A stretch of 60,666 nt of DNA, the filler included. It is 8 parts of 8 records of this genome, joined end to end, with 100 filler letters (N's around TTAATTAATTAA, not from the genome) between each part and the next. Parts side by side here need not be neighbours in the genome. Positions count along the whole stretch, not along the records: positions 38,137 to 58,051 come from SRR33789315_122; 7 more parts are not named here. One strand, 5' to 3'. Below are positions 39,986 through 49,663 of this stretch, piece after piece. The stretch's first letter is position 1. Each line of letters begins with the position of its first letter. The translations under genes and the position numbers were made by a program. The notes below the pieces were generated by a model, which had not been told where the DNA came from, ran no database searches, and saw only the letters and a program-made list of their open reading frames with translations.

Positions 39986-41266
39986 ATGTTTGTTAGTTGT
40001 CTGAGTACAAACAATTTATCCCAAAAAATGTTACGGGTTATATTTTCAATCTATTTGGTCGTCACTTGCTTAGTGACGAGTCTGCAGTTTTTAACAGAGT
40101 ACCTCAGTACACAAGGTTCAATCGCCAATGAACTAATTCAATTAGAAGAAACAGTGCAAGGCCCTATTTCTGCAAGTTTATGGCAATACAATGAGACTCA
40201 GTTAGATATATTGGTAGACGGATTGTTGAAAATGCCAATCATTGAAGGGGTAGATGTTATTGATGCAGATGCGCAAACTTTAATTTCTGCACGCTCTTAT
40301 TCCCCAGATGCGACTCCCCTTTCTATATTTCAAACCAAATCTGACCTGAAGTGGACTTTAAATGAAGAATATTTATCTCTTGGTACGTTGATATTGTATT
40401 CGTCTTCAGAGGTCGTTTTAGACCGCGTTTGGGTTGGTTTTTCTTTGATTGTGCTCGCGGCAATAATAAAATTATCGGTACTATTTTGGCTGTTTATTTG
40501 GGCGTTTGATCGTTATTTAGCAATTCCTTTAAAAGAACTAATGTCTCAAGTAGATGAGGTTCAATTGGATCACAACTCTAATAAACGGATCAACCTTTCA
40601 AATTTGGAAGAAAACGAACTTAGTCAGCTGCAAAAACACATGAATGACATGTTATCTTCCATCGAAACGGATAAAAAGCGCTTATTCGAGGACGAGCAAA
40701 CTAAACGAGTGTGGTTAGAAGAAGAAGTTGAAAAGCGCACCCAAGACTTAAAGCTCGTCAATGAAAAATTGAAAGAGCTTGCTAAAAAAGATTCACTCAC
40801 AGACACATTAAATCGAGGCAGTTTCTTTGAAACAGCACAACATCTGCTTGATCTTTCTCAGCGCCAAAAATCATCCGCCTCGTTGATTTTGATGGACTTA
40901 GATCATTTTAAAAAGATTAACGATACTTATGGCCATTTCACTGGTGACAAAGTTCTGATTCATTTTACTCAAACAATCCATACTTTTTTACGAAAGTCTG
41001 ATCTTCTTGGTCGACTTGGCGGAGAAGAATTTGCTGTTTTACTCTGTGATACAGAAATTGATAACGCTTTTATAGTTGCAGAAAAAATCCGCAAATCCGT
41101 AAACAGCGCAATACTAGCCATTAATGGTAATTCCGTTACCTATTCAGTAAGCATGGGGATTGAGTCATCCACACCCGATGAACATTCTATAAATGAGTTA
41201 TTTAAACGTGCTGATTTAAAATTGTATGGCGCAAAAGATAAGGGGCGCGACCGTGTTGAAAAATAA
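39986..41266 (+). CDS. Membrane-bound diguanylate cyclase (HAMP-like + GGDEF)
   Basis: DLDHFKKINDTYGH, RKSD I-site, GGEEF. Confidence 0.93.
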   Translation: MFVSCLSTNNLSQKMLRVIFSIYLVVTCLVTSLQFLTEYLSTQGSIANELIQLEETVQGPISASLWQYNETQLDILVDGLLKMPIIEGVDVIDADAQTLISARSYSPDATPLSIFQTKSDLKWTLNEEYLSLGTLILYSSSEVVLDRVWVGFSLIVLAAIIKLSVLFWLFIWAFDRYLAIPLKELMSQVDEVQLDHNSNKRINLSNLEENELSQLQKHMNDMLSSIETDKKRLFEDEQTKRVWLEEEVEKRTQDLKLVNEKLKELAKKDSLTDTLNRGSFFETAQHLLDLSQRQKSSASLILMDLDHFKKINDTYGHFTGDKVLIHFTQTIHTFLRKSDLLGRLGGEEFAVLLCDTEIDNAFIVAEKIRKSVNSAILAINGNSVTYSVSMGIESSTPDEHSINELFKRADLKLYGAKDKGRDRVEK

Positions 41267-42068
41267 ACTTCACTGTCCTCTGATGTTACTTTTACTATGT
41301 ATAACATGTCTGTGTATAACAAGAATGAGTCATGCTGATACGTTAAAGGTGTGCTATGACCAGTGGGCACCGATGACAATATTTCCTACAGAAAGGTCAT
41401 CTAAGCGTGGGGTAATCATCGATATGTTAGAAGATATTTACACATCGAAAGGCTACCAGCTTGAATATTACCAAGTCCCGCTTGCGAGAGGCCTAAACAT
41501 GGTGGCACAAGGTATGTGTGACATGTTACCAGAATATCTCTTCTCTAAAAATGCAGAGAAAGGTTTTGTTTATGCCTCCGAAGCCACGTTTGCATACTCC
41601 TCAGCATTTGTGATGAAACGCAATGACCCGTGGCGATATCAAGGAATAAAATCCATCAATGGCAAACGCATTGCTACTGGCCCGGGTTGGGATTACAGTT
41701 CAATGAGTGTCGACTACCAGCGTTATCTTGACGATCCAAAAAACGCACACTTGGTTGAAATTATTGCCGGTGACGATGATGTAGTTAGTCGCATATTGCT
41801 GATGATTAAGGAAGGCAGAGTTGATATTTATGCAGACAATGAACTGGTGCTGCAACATGCCATAAACAAAATGGATTTGAATGATGAGCTTGAGATTATT
41901 TATCCGGGTTTAGAAAAAAAATTGTTGGAAATGCCCATCTTTTCAAAACAACTCCCAGAGTTAAAAAGACAAGAGTTGATTAAGATTTGGAACGAAGGGC
42001 GTTTATCGATGAAAGGCGAAAAAGAACAAATGTTGCTTAAAAAATATAAGGTTTCATTGATGGATTAG
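41226..42068 (+). CDS. Periplasmic substrate-binding protein (family 3-like); true start probably near 41253-41282
   Basis: Signal-like segment, WAPM, G..ID, P.ARGL, GRVD. Confidence 0.8.
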   Translation: MAQKIRGATVLKNKLHCPLMLLLLCITCLCITRMSHADTLKVCYDQWAPMTIFPTERSSKRGVIIDMLEDIYTSKGYQLEYYQVPLARGLNMVAQGMCDMLPEYLFSKNAEKGFVYASEATFAYSSAFVMKRNDPWRYQGIKSINGKRIATGPGWDYSSMSVDYQRYLDDPKNAHLVEIIAGDDDVVSRILLMIKEGRVDIYADNELVLQHAINKMDLNDELEIIYPGLEKKLLEMPIFSKQLPELKRQELIKIWNEGRLSMKGEKEQMLLKKYKVSLMD

Positions 42069-42317
42069 CGTCTACTGCATTCTTAAACTCGGCCTCGCTC
42101 CTTTGTTAGTGCTAATATCTGTCGAAGAAAATCCAGTGTAATTGGCCAAATTAAGGCTATCTGTGGATTTACGATTCGATTAACAACAAGCAGAAGAATC
42201 AACACACTAACAAGACACCCACTGTAAATAATATCAAATACTGTTTTTAGTCAACGGGGTGTCTACATCATTTTTTAATCAAAAACTATGAGCCAGCGCA
42301 CTTTAAGCTTCGTTCAA

Positions 42318-43151
42318 TTAGGATTCTTCAGCAAATACCGATTTTGGTAGTGTTAAAGAAAGCGCAGTGACCACCAGTATTACCTGAAAATACAAGGATT
42401 GTAGTAACAATTTATAATTGACTAGCTCACTACCTTGGATCCACATACTCATGGAGATATTAAATATTGCGATAGCGAGAATGAGCATATTGATATGAAT
42501 GGCGCGTTTTTTTAGGGCATCCCGTTGCTCTGGTTGTTGCAAACCATGGGTTTTATTGTTTCGATATACTAACGTAATAATCACTATAAATAGACCGTCT
42601 AATATTGCTAAACCTACTAGGTTTACATAGCCTGCGAAGCCGTCGAAAGGGTGAACAACAAAATACAAAACTGTGGCAATTAATACTATGTTTGCGATAA
42701 CAATTAACCCAAGCAAAGGCACAGAAATGTAGTCTCGCCAATTGCGTACCCTAAGAGATGCGGTGCGTTTACTCCCTGCATGCTTTTTGAAAATATTAAA
42801 CAGGGCTTTATGCATGAGTACCATCACCACAACGGGTATCATCGAGAGAAGATACATCACCATTAAACCACTTTGGTCGTCCCAGTTTAATAATTCGGTG
42901 CCGTTAAATATGGCATGTAAAACTATGCCTCCGGCAACAGTTAAGATTATAAAAACCGTAAGCCAATAAGTGCGCCCTGAAGTTTTTAACCATTGCTTAA
43001 CGTCGGTCGATGCCTTTGGGTATCGATGAACCCCGTAATTATTTGCGATATTAAGTAAAATTTTGTAACTCATGATGGGCACCAAAACGAGAGTGACCAC
43101 GACCTGTATTACCATCATTAAATGATTTGCTTGAGTAAACCAATCAGACAT
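42318..43151 (-). CDS. Hypothetical membrane protein
   Basis: Multi-TM 277-aa ORF with AAGGA SD, downstream of GntR. Confidence 0.8.
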   Translation of the reverse strand: MSDWFTQANHLMMVIQVVVTLVLVPIMSYKILLNIANNYGVHRYPKASTDVKQWLKTSGRTYWLTVFIILTVAGGIVLHAIFNGTELLNWDDQSGLMVMYLLSMIPVVVMVLMHKALFNIFKKHAGSKRTASLRVRNWRDYISVPLLGLIVIANIVLIATVLYFVVHPFDGFAGYVNLVGLAILDGLFIVIITLVYRNNKTHGLQQPEQRDALKKRAIHINMLILAIAIFNISMSMWIQGSELVNYKLLLQSLYFQVILVVTALSLTLPKSVFAEES

Positions 43152-43180
43152 AATTTATTCCTTCTTTTTTCTGTGTGCTG

Positions 43181-43552
43181 CTAGCTATTAGATAGCGCCA
43201 AATTGAATGCGACTCTAATTTCAGAATCAGTCACTCCCGCTTTACGATATTTTTCGATATCCACAGCAAGCGCTTGGTTTAGCCACTCTGTAATATCTAC
43301 CTGTAAGTTTTCTAACGCGTTAGCATGCACAAAAGAGCCTCGATAGCCTTTCGATTCAATCACGTTATCGCGCTCTAACAGCCGGTATGCTTTAGCCACT
43401 GTTTTGGCATTGATATCTAAATCTGCCGCCAATTGACGGATAGATGGCAACGCATCGTTAGGTTTCAGCTGTTTGGTTTCGATTGCCTGTTTAATCTGTT
43501 GCATCAATTGGTTAAACAGAGGTTCTGTAGAATCGACATCGATGGTTATCAT
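43181..43552 (-). CDS. GntR family regulator, YtrA-like
   Basis: PLFNQL..QI, LPSIRQLAADL.IN..TVAKAY..LE; short C-terminal domain; ATG at 43552. Confidence 0.92.
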   Translation of the reverse strand: MITIDVDSTEPLFNQLMQQIKQAIETKQLKPNDALPSIRQLAADLDINAKTVAKAYRLLERDNVIESKGYRGSFVHANALENLQVDITEWLNQALAVDIEKYRKAGVTDSEIRVAFNLALSNS

Positions 43553-43560
43553 ACTAATCT

Positions 43561-43621
43561 TGTACCACTCTTTAAGGTGGTACAATTAAAAACCATTTGT
43601 ACCACTGGGTCAAGTGGTACA
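43561..43621. promoter_or_regulatory. Tandem GntR operators TGTACCAC-N8-GTGGTACA x2
   Basis: Perfect arms at 43561-43584 and 43598-43621, directly upstream of the gntR start. Confidence 0.85.
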
Positions 43622-43895
43622 TTGATATTATTTGATAAAAATAACCAATGCCTTCAACTTATGACTCCAAATAGTCGCGATAACTCTGGTGCAATAACTT
43701 GTTCAGCATATTAACCGGTTTAAAGTGTGTTTGATTCGCCACCAAAATTTGGCTCTGTAGGTCTATTGGTTAAAGGGCTAAGGCAAATGAGATTGCTACA
43801 ACTTGATAATCACATAGCCTGCTTTTTTACTAGCGGCTTGTATGTTAGTAGTGTTAAATGTGGTGACGACATCAACGGCAGTTACTTTTATCTAA

Positions 43896-44558
43896 ATGAC
43901 AAAACCTAAACAAGAGCGTTCAGAAATCACCAAAGCCAATATACTGAAAGTCGCTAGGCTCCATTTTGCCGAGCGAGGTTTTGATGCATCTAATACCAGA
44001 GATATTGCCAAAGACGCTGGGGCGTCTCACTCAATGATCCGCTATCATTTTGGGACCAAAGAGGAGTTATGGAAAGAAGCCATCAGCGACATGTTTGCAG
44101 GTTTTCGACAGCAACTAGGTTTTGATGGCGCGAATCCGCCGACCTTGCAAAGTAAAACTGATTTTAAAGTTTTTATCAGAAAATATATTCATTATTGCGC
44201 CTTAAACCCGGAGCATTCGCGAATAATGATTACCGAATCAATTCGAGGCGGTAGCAGGCTTAAATGGATGGTTGAAGAGCTTATTAAGCCTGTTCACCGT
44301 CATTATTTAGGGGTGTTACGTCATCATATTACTCAGCATCACTTACCTGATGCTTGGCTGGTGTCGTTAATGTCAATGATAATGGCAATGTGCCAAATGC
44401 CGTTTGTATTGTCAGCGGAAATTAACTTAACTTACGGGGTGGATATGCAGGCCAATGGGGCTATAGAAGCTCACATTGATTCGGTGTTAGCGCTGTTATT
44501 TCACGAAACACCAAAGAGTCAAATACCGTGGCCTGATATCAATCTTCTCGAAAAGTAG
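43896..44558 (+). CDS. TetR family regulator
   Basis: FAERGFD..TRDIA..AG....IRYHFGTKEELW. Confidence 0.92.
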   Translation: MTKPKQERSEITKANILKVARLHFAERGFDASNTRDIAKDAGASHSMIRYHFGTKEELWKEAISDMFAGFRQQLGFDGANPPTLQSKTDFKVFIRKYIHYCALNPEHSRIMITESIRGGSRLKWMVEELIKPVHRHYLGVLRHHITQHHLPDAWLVSLMSMIMAMCQMPFVLSAEINLTYGVDMQANGAIEAHIDSVLALLFHETPKSQIPWPDINLLEK

Positions 44559-44573
44559 TTTGCTTTACCGCTA

Positions 44574-46220
44574 TCAACTTATGGCGGAAGGTTTACGTAG
44601 CTCTTTTCTTAAAATTTTACCCACATTTGATTTAGGCAGCGCGTCTAAAAAGATGAATGACTTAGGTACTTTGTAAGCCGCTAAGTGCGCCTTGCAATGG
44701 GCGATGAGCTGAGATTCCTGCAAATCGCTATTTTTCGCCACAATAAATAACTGCACTGCTTCTCCGGTTTTGGCATCAGGTACTCCAATACAGGCGCTTT
44801 CTAATACATCTTGGTGCTGACCAACCACAGCTTCAATTTCATTAGGATACACATTAAAACCAGACACTAAGATCATGTCTTTTTTTCGGTCAATAATGTG
44901 AAAAAAATGGTTTTCATCCTGATAGGCAATATCTCCGGTTTTAAAAAATCCGTCTGGAGTAAAACTTTCTGCGCTACTCTGCGGGTTATTCCAATACGCT
45001 TTCATTACCTGTGGGCCTTTTGCACAAAGTTCACCACCACTGCCTTTTGCAACTTCTAGGTTATCGTCATTTACAATTTTTATTTGGGTATAGGGCAATG
45101 GTAGACCAATGCCCCCGTTGTTTTGCTCATTTTCTTCGGTATTTAGGGTTAGAACAGGGGAGGTTTCAGACAAACCGTAACCTTCCATTAAACTGACACC
45201 GGTTAATGACTTCCATGCATGAGATATCTGTTTTTGCACCGCTGCGCCACCACCTACGGTAATTTTGAGGGGAGAAAAATCTAATGATTGAAATTCAGCA
45301 AGGTTTACCAGGGCATTAAACAAGGTATTAACCCCACTAAAAAATGTGGGTTTATGTTCACTCCAAGCGGTTGTAATTGATAATAAATCTTTTGGGTTGG
45401 GGATGAGGACATTTTTTGCCCCAAGAGAAAACATCAGAACAATATTTATCGACAACGAAAAGATATGGTAAGTCGGCGGTACCGTCAACACCACATGTTT
45501 GTTAGCAGATTGCTGAAACCATTGACTCAACATAAGGTATGTTTGAAACCTGTTGGCCACAATATTACCGTGACTCAACTCTGCTCCTTTTGAAACACCG
45601 GTGGTGCCTCCTGTGTATTGTAAAAATACTAAATCTGAATGAGACAACAAAGGCTTTTTGTATTGCCCATTTTTACCCAGTTGTATGGCCTTTTTAAAGG
45701 AGACTTTAGTACCCTGAAAAGAAGGTAAGGCTGCAAATACATCATTGTCCTCTTCAGATAAAAGCGCATCATCAGTGATTTTAATAAGGTGTTTAGCATT
45801 CGCAGAGCGCAATGCTTGAGCGACGGTCTCAGTGCATATGTCTGCAAATATAATGGTATCTGGCGAAGCATCTAACAACTGATGGGCTAATTCCCGCGGA
45901 CTGTAATAAGGATTCACATTAACTTGTATTGCGCCAATCCGAATGATGCCCCACATGGCCACCACAAATGAAAGGGTATTAGTTGACATTAAGGCGATAC
46001 GACAGCCTTTCTCTAAGCCTAAGGATTGCAAATAGGCGGCAAATTGGGTTGAGAGCAATTCTAGCTGTGAAAAGGTTATATTTTCATCACCACATACATA
46101 GGCAGTTTCATCACTGTAATTTGCGCAGGTGTCCTCAAACAGCTCAATTAAATTGTCGTATTGAAACAGCGCGGCATGAGCTGAGAGGCTTATAGATGTA
46201 TCTCTTTGACTATCGTTCAT
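44574..46220 (-). CDS. Long-chain acyl-CoA ligase (FadD-like)
   Basis: LQYTGGTTGVSKG, EGYGLSETSP, FKTGD, DRKKDMILVSGFNVYPNE, PKSNVGKIL. Confidence 0.93.
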   Translation of the reverse strand: MNDSQRDTSISLSAHAALFQYDNLIELFEDTCANYSDETAYVCGDENITFSQLELLSTQFAAYLQSLGLEKGCRIALMSTNTLSFVVAMWGIIRIGAIQVNVNPYYSPRELAHQLLDASPDTIIFADICTETVAQALRSANAKHLIKITDDALLSEEDNDVFAALPSFQGTKVSFKKAIQLGKNGQYKKPLLSHSDLVFLQYTGGTTGVSKGAELSHGNIVANRFQTYLMLSQWFQQSANKHVVLTVPPTYHIFSLSINIVLMFSLGAKNVLIPNPKDLLSITTAWSEHKPTFFSGVNTLFNALVNLAEFQSLDFSPLKITVGGGAAVQKQISHAWKSLTGVSLMEGYGLSETSPVLTLNTEENEQNNGGIGLPLPYTQIKIVNDDNLEVAKGSGGELCAKGPQVMKAYWNNPQSSAESFTPDGFFKTGDIAYQDENHFFHIIDRKKDMILVSGFNVYPNEIEAVVGQHQDVLESACIGVPDAKTGEAVQLFIVAKNSDLQESQLIAHCKAHLAAYKVPKSFIFLDALPKSNVGKILRKELRKPSAIS

Positions 46221-46670
46221 ATATGACCTGTAAATTTAAAAGAGCCTGAATCGTCCACGCTCGAGGTACTGGGTGTAGAGTCGAATGGGGGTAACTGATT
46301 TCTGCGCAATAGAATAGGCCTTAGGCCACCTCTAATGGCGTTTTAGCAGTGCTATCACTCAAAGAGTGAAGTTGGCTACTCGCTGCTTTTACTGTAACCA
46401 TTTAGACATATCGCTTGTCTTAACTAAAAACCATCCACTTGTATTAATAATACATCTGCGTTAGTCTCAGTCAACAACTTAATCACCTTAAGTTATCTTT
46501 TTGTTAACTTTTTTTATAGGCTTTAGTCCCTCTATAGTGTTGGATTCCTATTGTTTTCATCAATTTTCTGAGAGTAGATATTGAAGAACTCGCGGTGTTT
46601 GCCAAAGCAAGCTGATTAGTTTAGTTCCTATAGAGAATGAGCCATTTATTACTATCTGAGAGCAGAATAT

Positions 46671-48407
46671 ATGCGAACACTAAACGTTTTATTGCGCTAT
46701 GTGCTTGTTGGTGCGATGGCCGCGCTGATTGGGTGTAGTCACTCTACAGACAAGTTAAACCCAGTATTTCCCCCTGATGAATCAACTCACATTCAGCTAG
46801 ATAAAGGCGAGTTAGTTGGATTTCTTGCACCTAATTCAGCACGAGTATGGCGAGGTATTCCCTTCGCCGCGCCACCAATAGGGGATTTAAGATGGAAAGC
46901 GCCACAACAAGCACCTAACTGGGCATCGCCCCTGCAAGCAACAAAACATGCTCATAGATGTATGCAATACACCAACTCTTTGGACAAACTAGAGGGCACG
47001 GAGCCTGATGTGCTGATAGGCAGTGAAGATTGTTTATACCTCGATATTTATGCGCCATCTAAAACGCCACCCCTTGAAGGATGGCCGGTGATGGTGTGGA
47101 TCCATGGTGGAAGCAATACTTGGGGAGGGGCAAATCAATACGACGGTTCAGTATTGGCGGAAAGACAAAATGTGATTGTTGTGGTTCCGCAGTTTCGTTT
47201 GGGTCCTTTGGGCTGGTTTGCCCATCCTGCTTTGAATAATGATGCAAACGGAAGAATCACTGAAACAGCCAATTTTGCGCTGTTAGACATAATGGCGTCG
47301 CTAAAATGGCTTAAAAAATACATTCCTGCGTTTGGTGGTGATGAGCAAAATGTCACCCTGTTTGGCGAGAGTGCAGGGGCTTTTGATATATACGCGCTTT
47401 TTAGCATGGTCGAATCCAAAGACTTATTTAATAAAGCGATAGTGCAAAGTGGAGCCGCCCATAGTGACAGTTTAGAAAGTGCCCAACAACACGAGTTTAG
47501 TGGCGAAAACGTTATCCGTAAGTTAGTCAACAAGGCACAGCCAAGCGCTGCTGATATACGCAACATCCCCGTTGATGTGTTATACAAACATTACAAAACG
47601 GGCGGGAAAATTCAGCTGCCTGTACTGATAGCCGATGGCATAACCATTCCAAAAGAAGGGGTAAGATTCTTTCTTAAAAACCATTGGGCAGAGGTTGGAA
47701 AACCCATCATTATCGGTTCAAATAAAGATGAGGCTAAATTTTATTTTGCTTTTGAGCCAGTGTTGGTTAAACAAGTTTTAGGCTTTTATCCTTACATATT
47801 GGATGAAGAGTTGTATGCAGGTGTGTCTGATTACGTCAATAAAATGTGGCGGATTTTGGTGGTTAATACTCAGGCACAAGAACTCGCATCAGCAGCCGAC
47901 TACCCAGTATTTACCTATCGATTTGACTGGGATGACGAAGAGTCCTTTTATGGGGTTGATATTAAACAGCTAATAGGTACCTCACACACGGTGGAGATCC
48001 CCTTTGTTTTTGGTACCTTTGATAATTTTATGGGCAAGTTGGGAGAGGTGCTGTTTGTAGAAGAAAACAACAAAAATCGCCAAATTTTGTCAGCTCAAAT
48101 GATGAGTTATTGGACGCAATTTGCTTATCACTCAGATCCGAGTGATGGGCGTGAGCATCAACTGCCAAAGTGGCCTTCGGTAAATCAAGCAGAGAATAAA
48201 GCAATGATTTTAGATTCGCTTAATGACAAGGGCTTGTCTATGTATGAAGTGAGTCTTTCGATTGAAGAACTGTTTGCGAAAATTAAACAAGATCCGCGTC
48301 TTAAGGATAAGGCTAAACGCTGTTTTGTGGCGACACAAATGGCGAAGTTTTCTGGTGAAATAGACGCACGGATACCCCAATTCAAAAAAGAAAGCTGTCA
48401 AAAGTAA
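46671..48407 (+). CDS. Type-B carboxylesterase lipoprotein
   Basis: LIGC lipobox, GIPFAAPP.G.LRW, SEDCLYL, WIHGG, GESAG nucleophile. Confidence 0.93.
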   Translation: MRTLNVLLRYVLVGAMAALIGCSHSTDKLNPVFPPDESTHIQLDKGELVGFLAPNSARVWRGIPFAAPPIGDLRWKAPQQAPNWASPLQATKHAHRCMQYTNSLDKLEGTEPDVLIGSEDCLYLDIYAPSKTPPLEGWPVMVWIHGGSNTWGGANQYDGSVLAERQNVIVVVPQFRLGPLGWFAHPALNNDANGRITETANFALLDIMASLKWLKKYIPAFGGDEQNVTLFGESAGAFDIYALFSMVESKDLFNKAIVQSGAAHSDSLESAQQHEFSGENVIRKLVNKAQPSAADIRNIPVDVLYKHYKTGGKIQLPVLIADGITIPKEGVRFFLKNHWAEVGKPIIIGSNKDEAKFYFAFEPVLVKQVLGFYPYILDEELYAGVSDYVNKMWRILVVNTQAQELASAADYPVFTYRFDWDDEESFYGVDIKQLIGTSHTVEIPFVFGTFDNFMGKLGEVLFVEENNKNRQILSAQMMSYWTQFAYHSDPSDGREHQLPKWPSVNQAENKAMILDSLNDKGLSMYEVSLSIEELFAKIKQDPRLKDKAKRCFVATQMAKFSGEIDARIPQFKKESCQK

Positions 48408-48458
48408 ATCAGGGGGCACATAGTTGATGATCTGCTAGGCACCCAGCTTATGCGCCGC

Positions 48459-49481
48459 TCATTTCGTCAGATGCTTTATTTTCCAATCCTTTGGTGACAG
48501 TCCAGATTGATTTTTGAAGGCCCGGGACAGAGCACTTGCATCGCTATAGCCTAACATTTCGGCCAGCTGCATTAATTGGATAGTCGACTTAGATAAATAA
48601 TATTGAGCCAGTTTAAATCGCTCTTCATTGAGCAGTTGCTTGAAGGTCATCCCGTATTTTTTAAGCTGACGATGCAGGGTTTTGGGGTGCACGTTGAGCA
48701 TTTGCGCCACATTGACTAAGTTAATTGCTGATTCACTGCATTTCAGACGAACTATAAGTCGCACGTTGGTAACCAGATCCATGTCGAGACGGAATTTTTT
48801 TTGTAAGCTTCCTGCATGGCTTTCAATTAAGTTAAGCAACTTTGCATCCGCAGTGGCAATCGGCAGTTGTAGGTATTTTACGGGAAAGGTAATACTGTCG
48901 TTTTCTTGGTTAAACTGTACCGGTAAGTTAAAAAAATTATTATATTTTTTTACCGTTGCGGCATTAGGTTCTGCATGGATAAAAGTGACCGACGTTGGCT
49001 GCAAACGATTGTTACTAAGGGCTCTTAATAACTTGAAAACTTGAACCACCCCATACGTATTCGTTTGACCATAGATGCCGATTTGTGAATGATACAGTTT
49101 TCTAGAAATAGTAATGAAAGCACCCTCGATAAGGCTTTCCCAATACACTATGTGGCTATAAATACTATTGTATTGATGGCCCTTTTTTATTGCTGCACCT
49201 ACGGTGGGACAGAGTTTCATCATCTGACCAAGCATACTGAGGGGGATCGCCGGTTGGTATTTGGCAACCAGTAAACCGAAATAAAAACACTGTTCCTCAA
49301 TTGCGGTTATCTCTAACAACTCATTAAATAGTGCCCAAGAGATATATCCTGAGGGGCTGTCTAGTAAGCTAGGATCCAGTCCCAATTTTTCCATTCTGGT
49401 AACAATATCGATACCGAGTTCGTTTGCGGCCTCTTTGACTCCAACAATAATTTCAGCATCAACAAGATTTGATTGGTGCAT
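48459..49481 (-). CDS. AraC family regulator (OruR-like N-domain)
   Basis: VAQML.VHPKTLHRQL, LGYSDASALSRAFK..G.SP. Confidence 0.92.
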   Translation of the reverse strand: MHQSNLVDAEIIVGVKEAANELGIDIVTRMEKLGLDPSLLDSPSGYISWALFNELLEITAIEEQCFYFGLLVAKYQPAIPLSMLGQMMKLCPTVGAAIKKGHQYNSIYSHIVYWESLIEGAFITISRKLYHSQIGIYGQTNTYGVVQVFKLLRALSNNRLQPTSVTFIHAEPNAATVKKYNNFFNLPVQFNQENDSITFPVKYLQLPIATADAKLLNLIESHAGSLQKKFRLDMDLVTNVRLIVRLKCSESAINLVNVAQMLNVHPKTLHRQLKKYGMTFKQLLNEERFKLAQYYLSKSTIQLMQLAEMLGYSDASALSRAFKNQSGLSPKDWKIKHLTK

Positions 49482-49510
49482 CTAGCGAGATTCCTTTAAC
49501 AATAAAATAC

Positions 49511-49548
49511 TGTCCACAAATGTCATGTTATTGTCCACAAATGTCATG
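49511..49548. promoter_or_regulatory. 17-bp direct repeat TGTCCACAAATGTCATG x2, 21-bp period (AraC-type site)
   Basis: Exact copies at 49511-49527 and 49532-49548 between divergent araC and TBDR. Confidence 0.85.
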
Positions 49549-49663
49549 CTGAGGTCTAGCGGCTTTGTTATGGTTTTGATGGTTAAACAAAAAAACAACA
49601 ATAACATAACAATAATATTAGGAACGGCTGAGTACAACTGAGCTTATAACCAGAGAGTGAACT

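Noticed and set aside
43553-43585. Longer N-terminus of GntR from 43585
   Set aside because: Extension runs through the operator palindrome; the domain begins at the ATG at 43552
46432-46445. CATCCACTTGTATT as TetR operator in the ligase/esterase intergenic region
   Set aside because: Palindrome too imperfect and no convincing second copy
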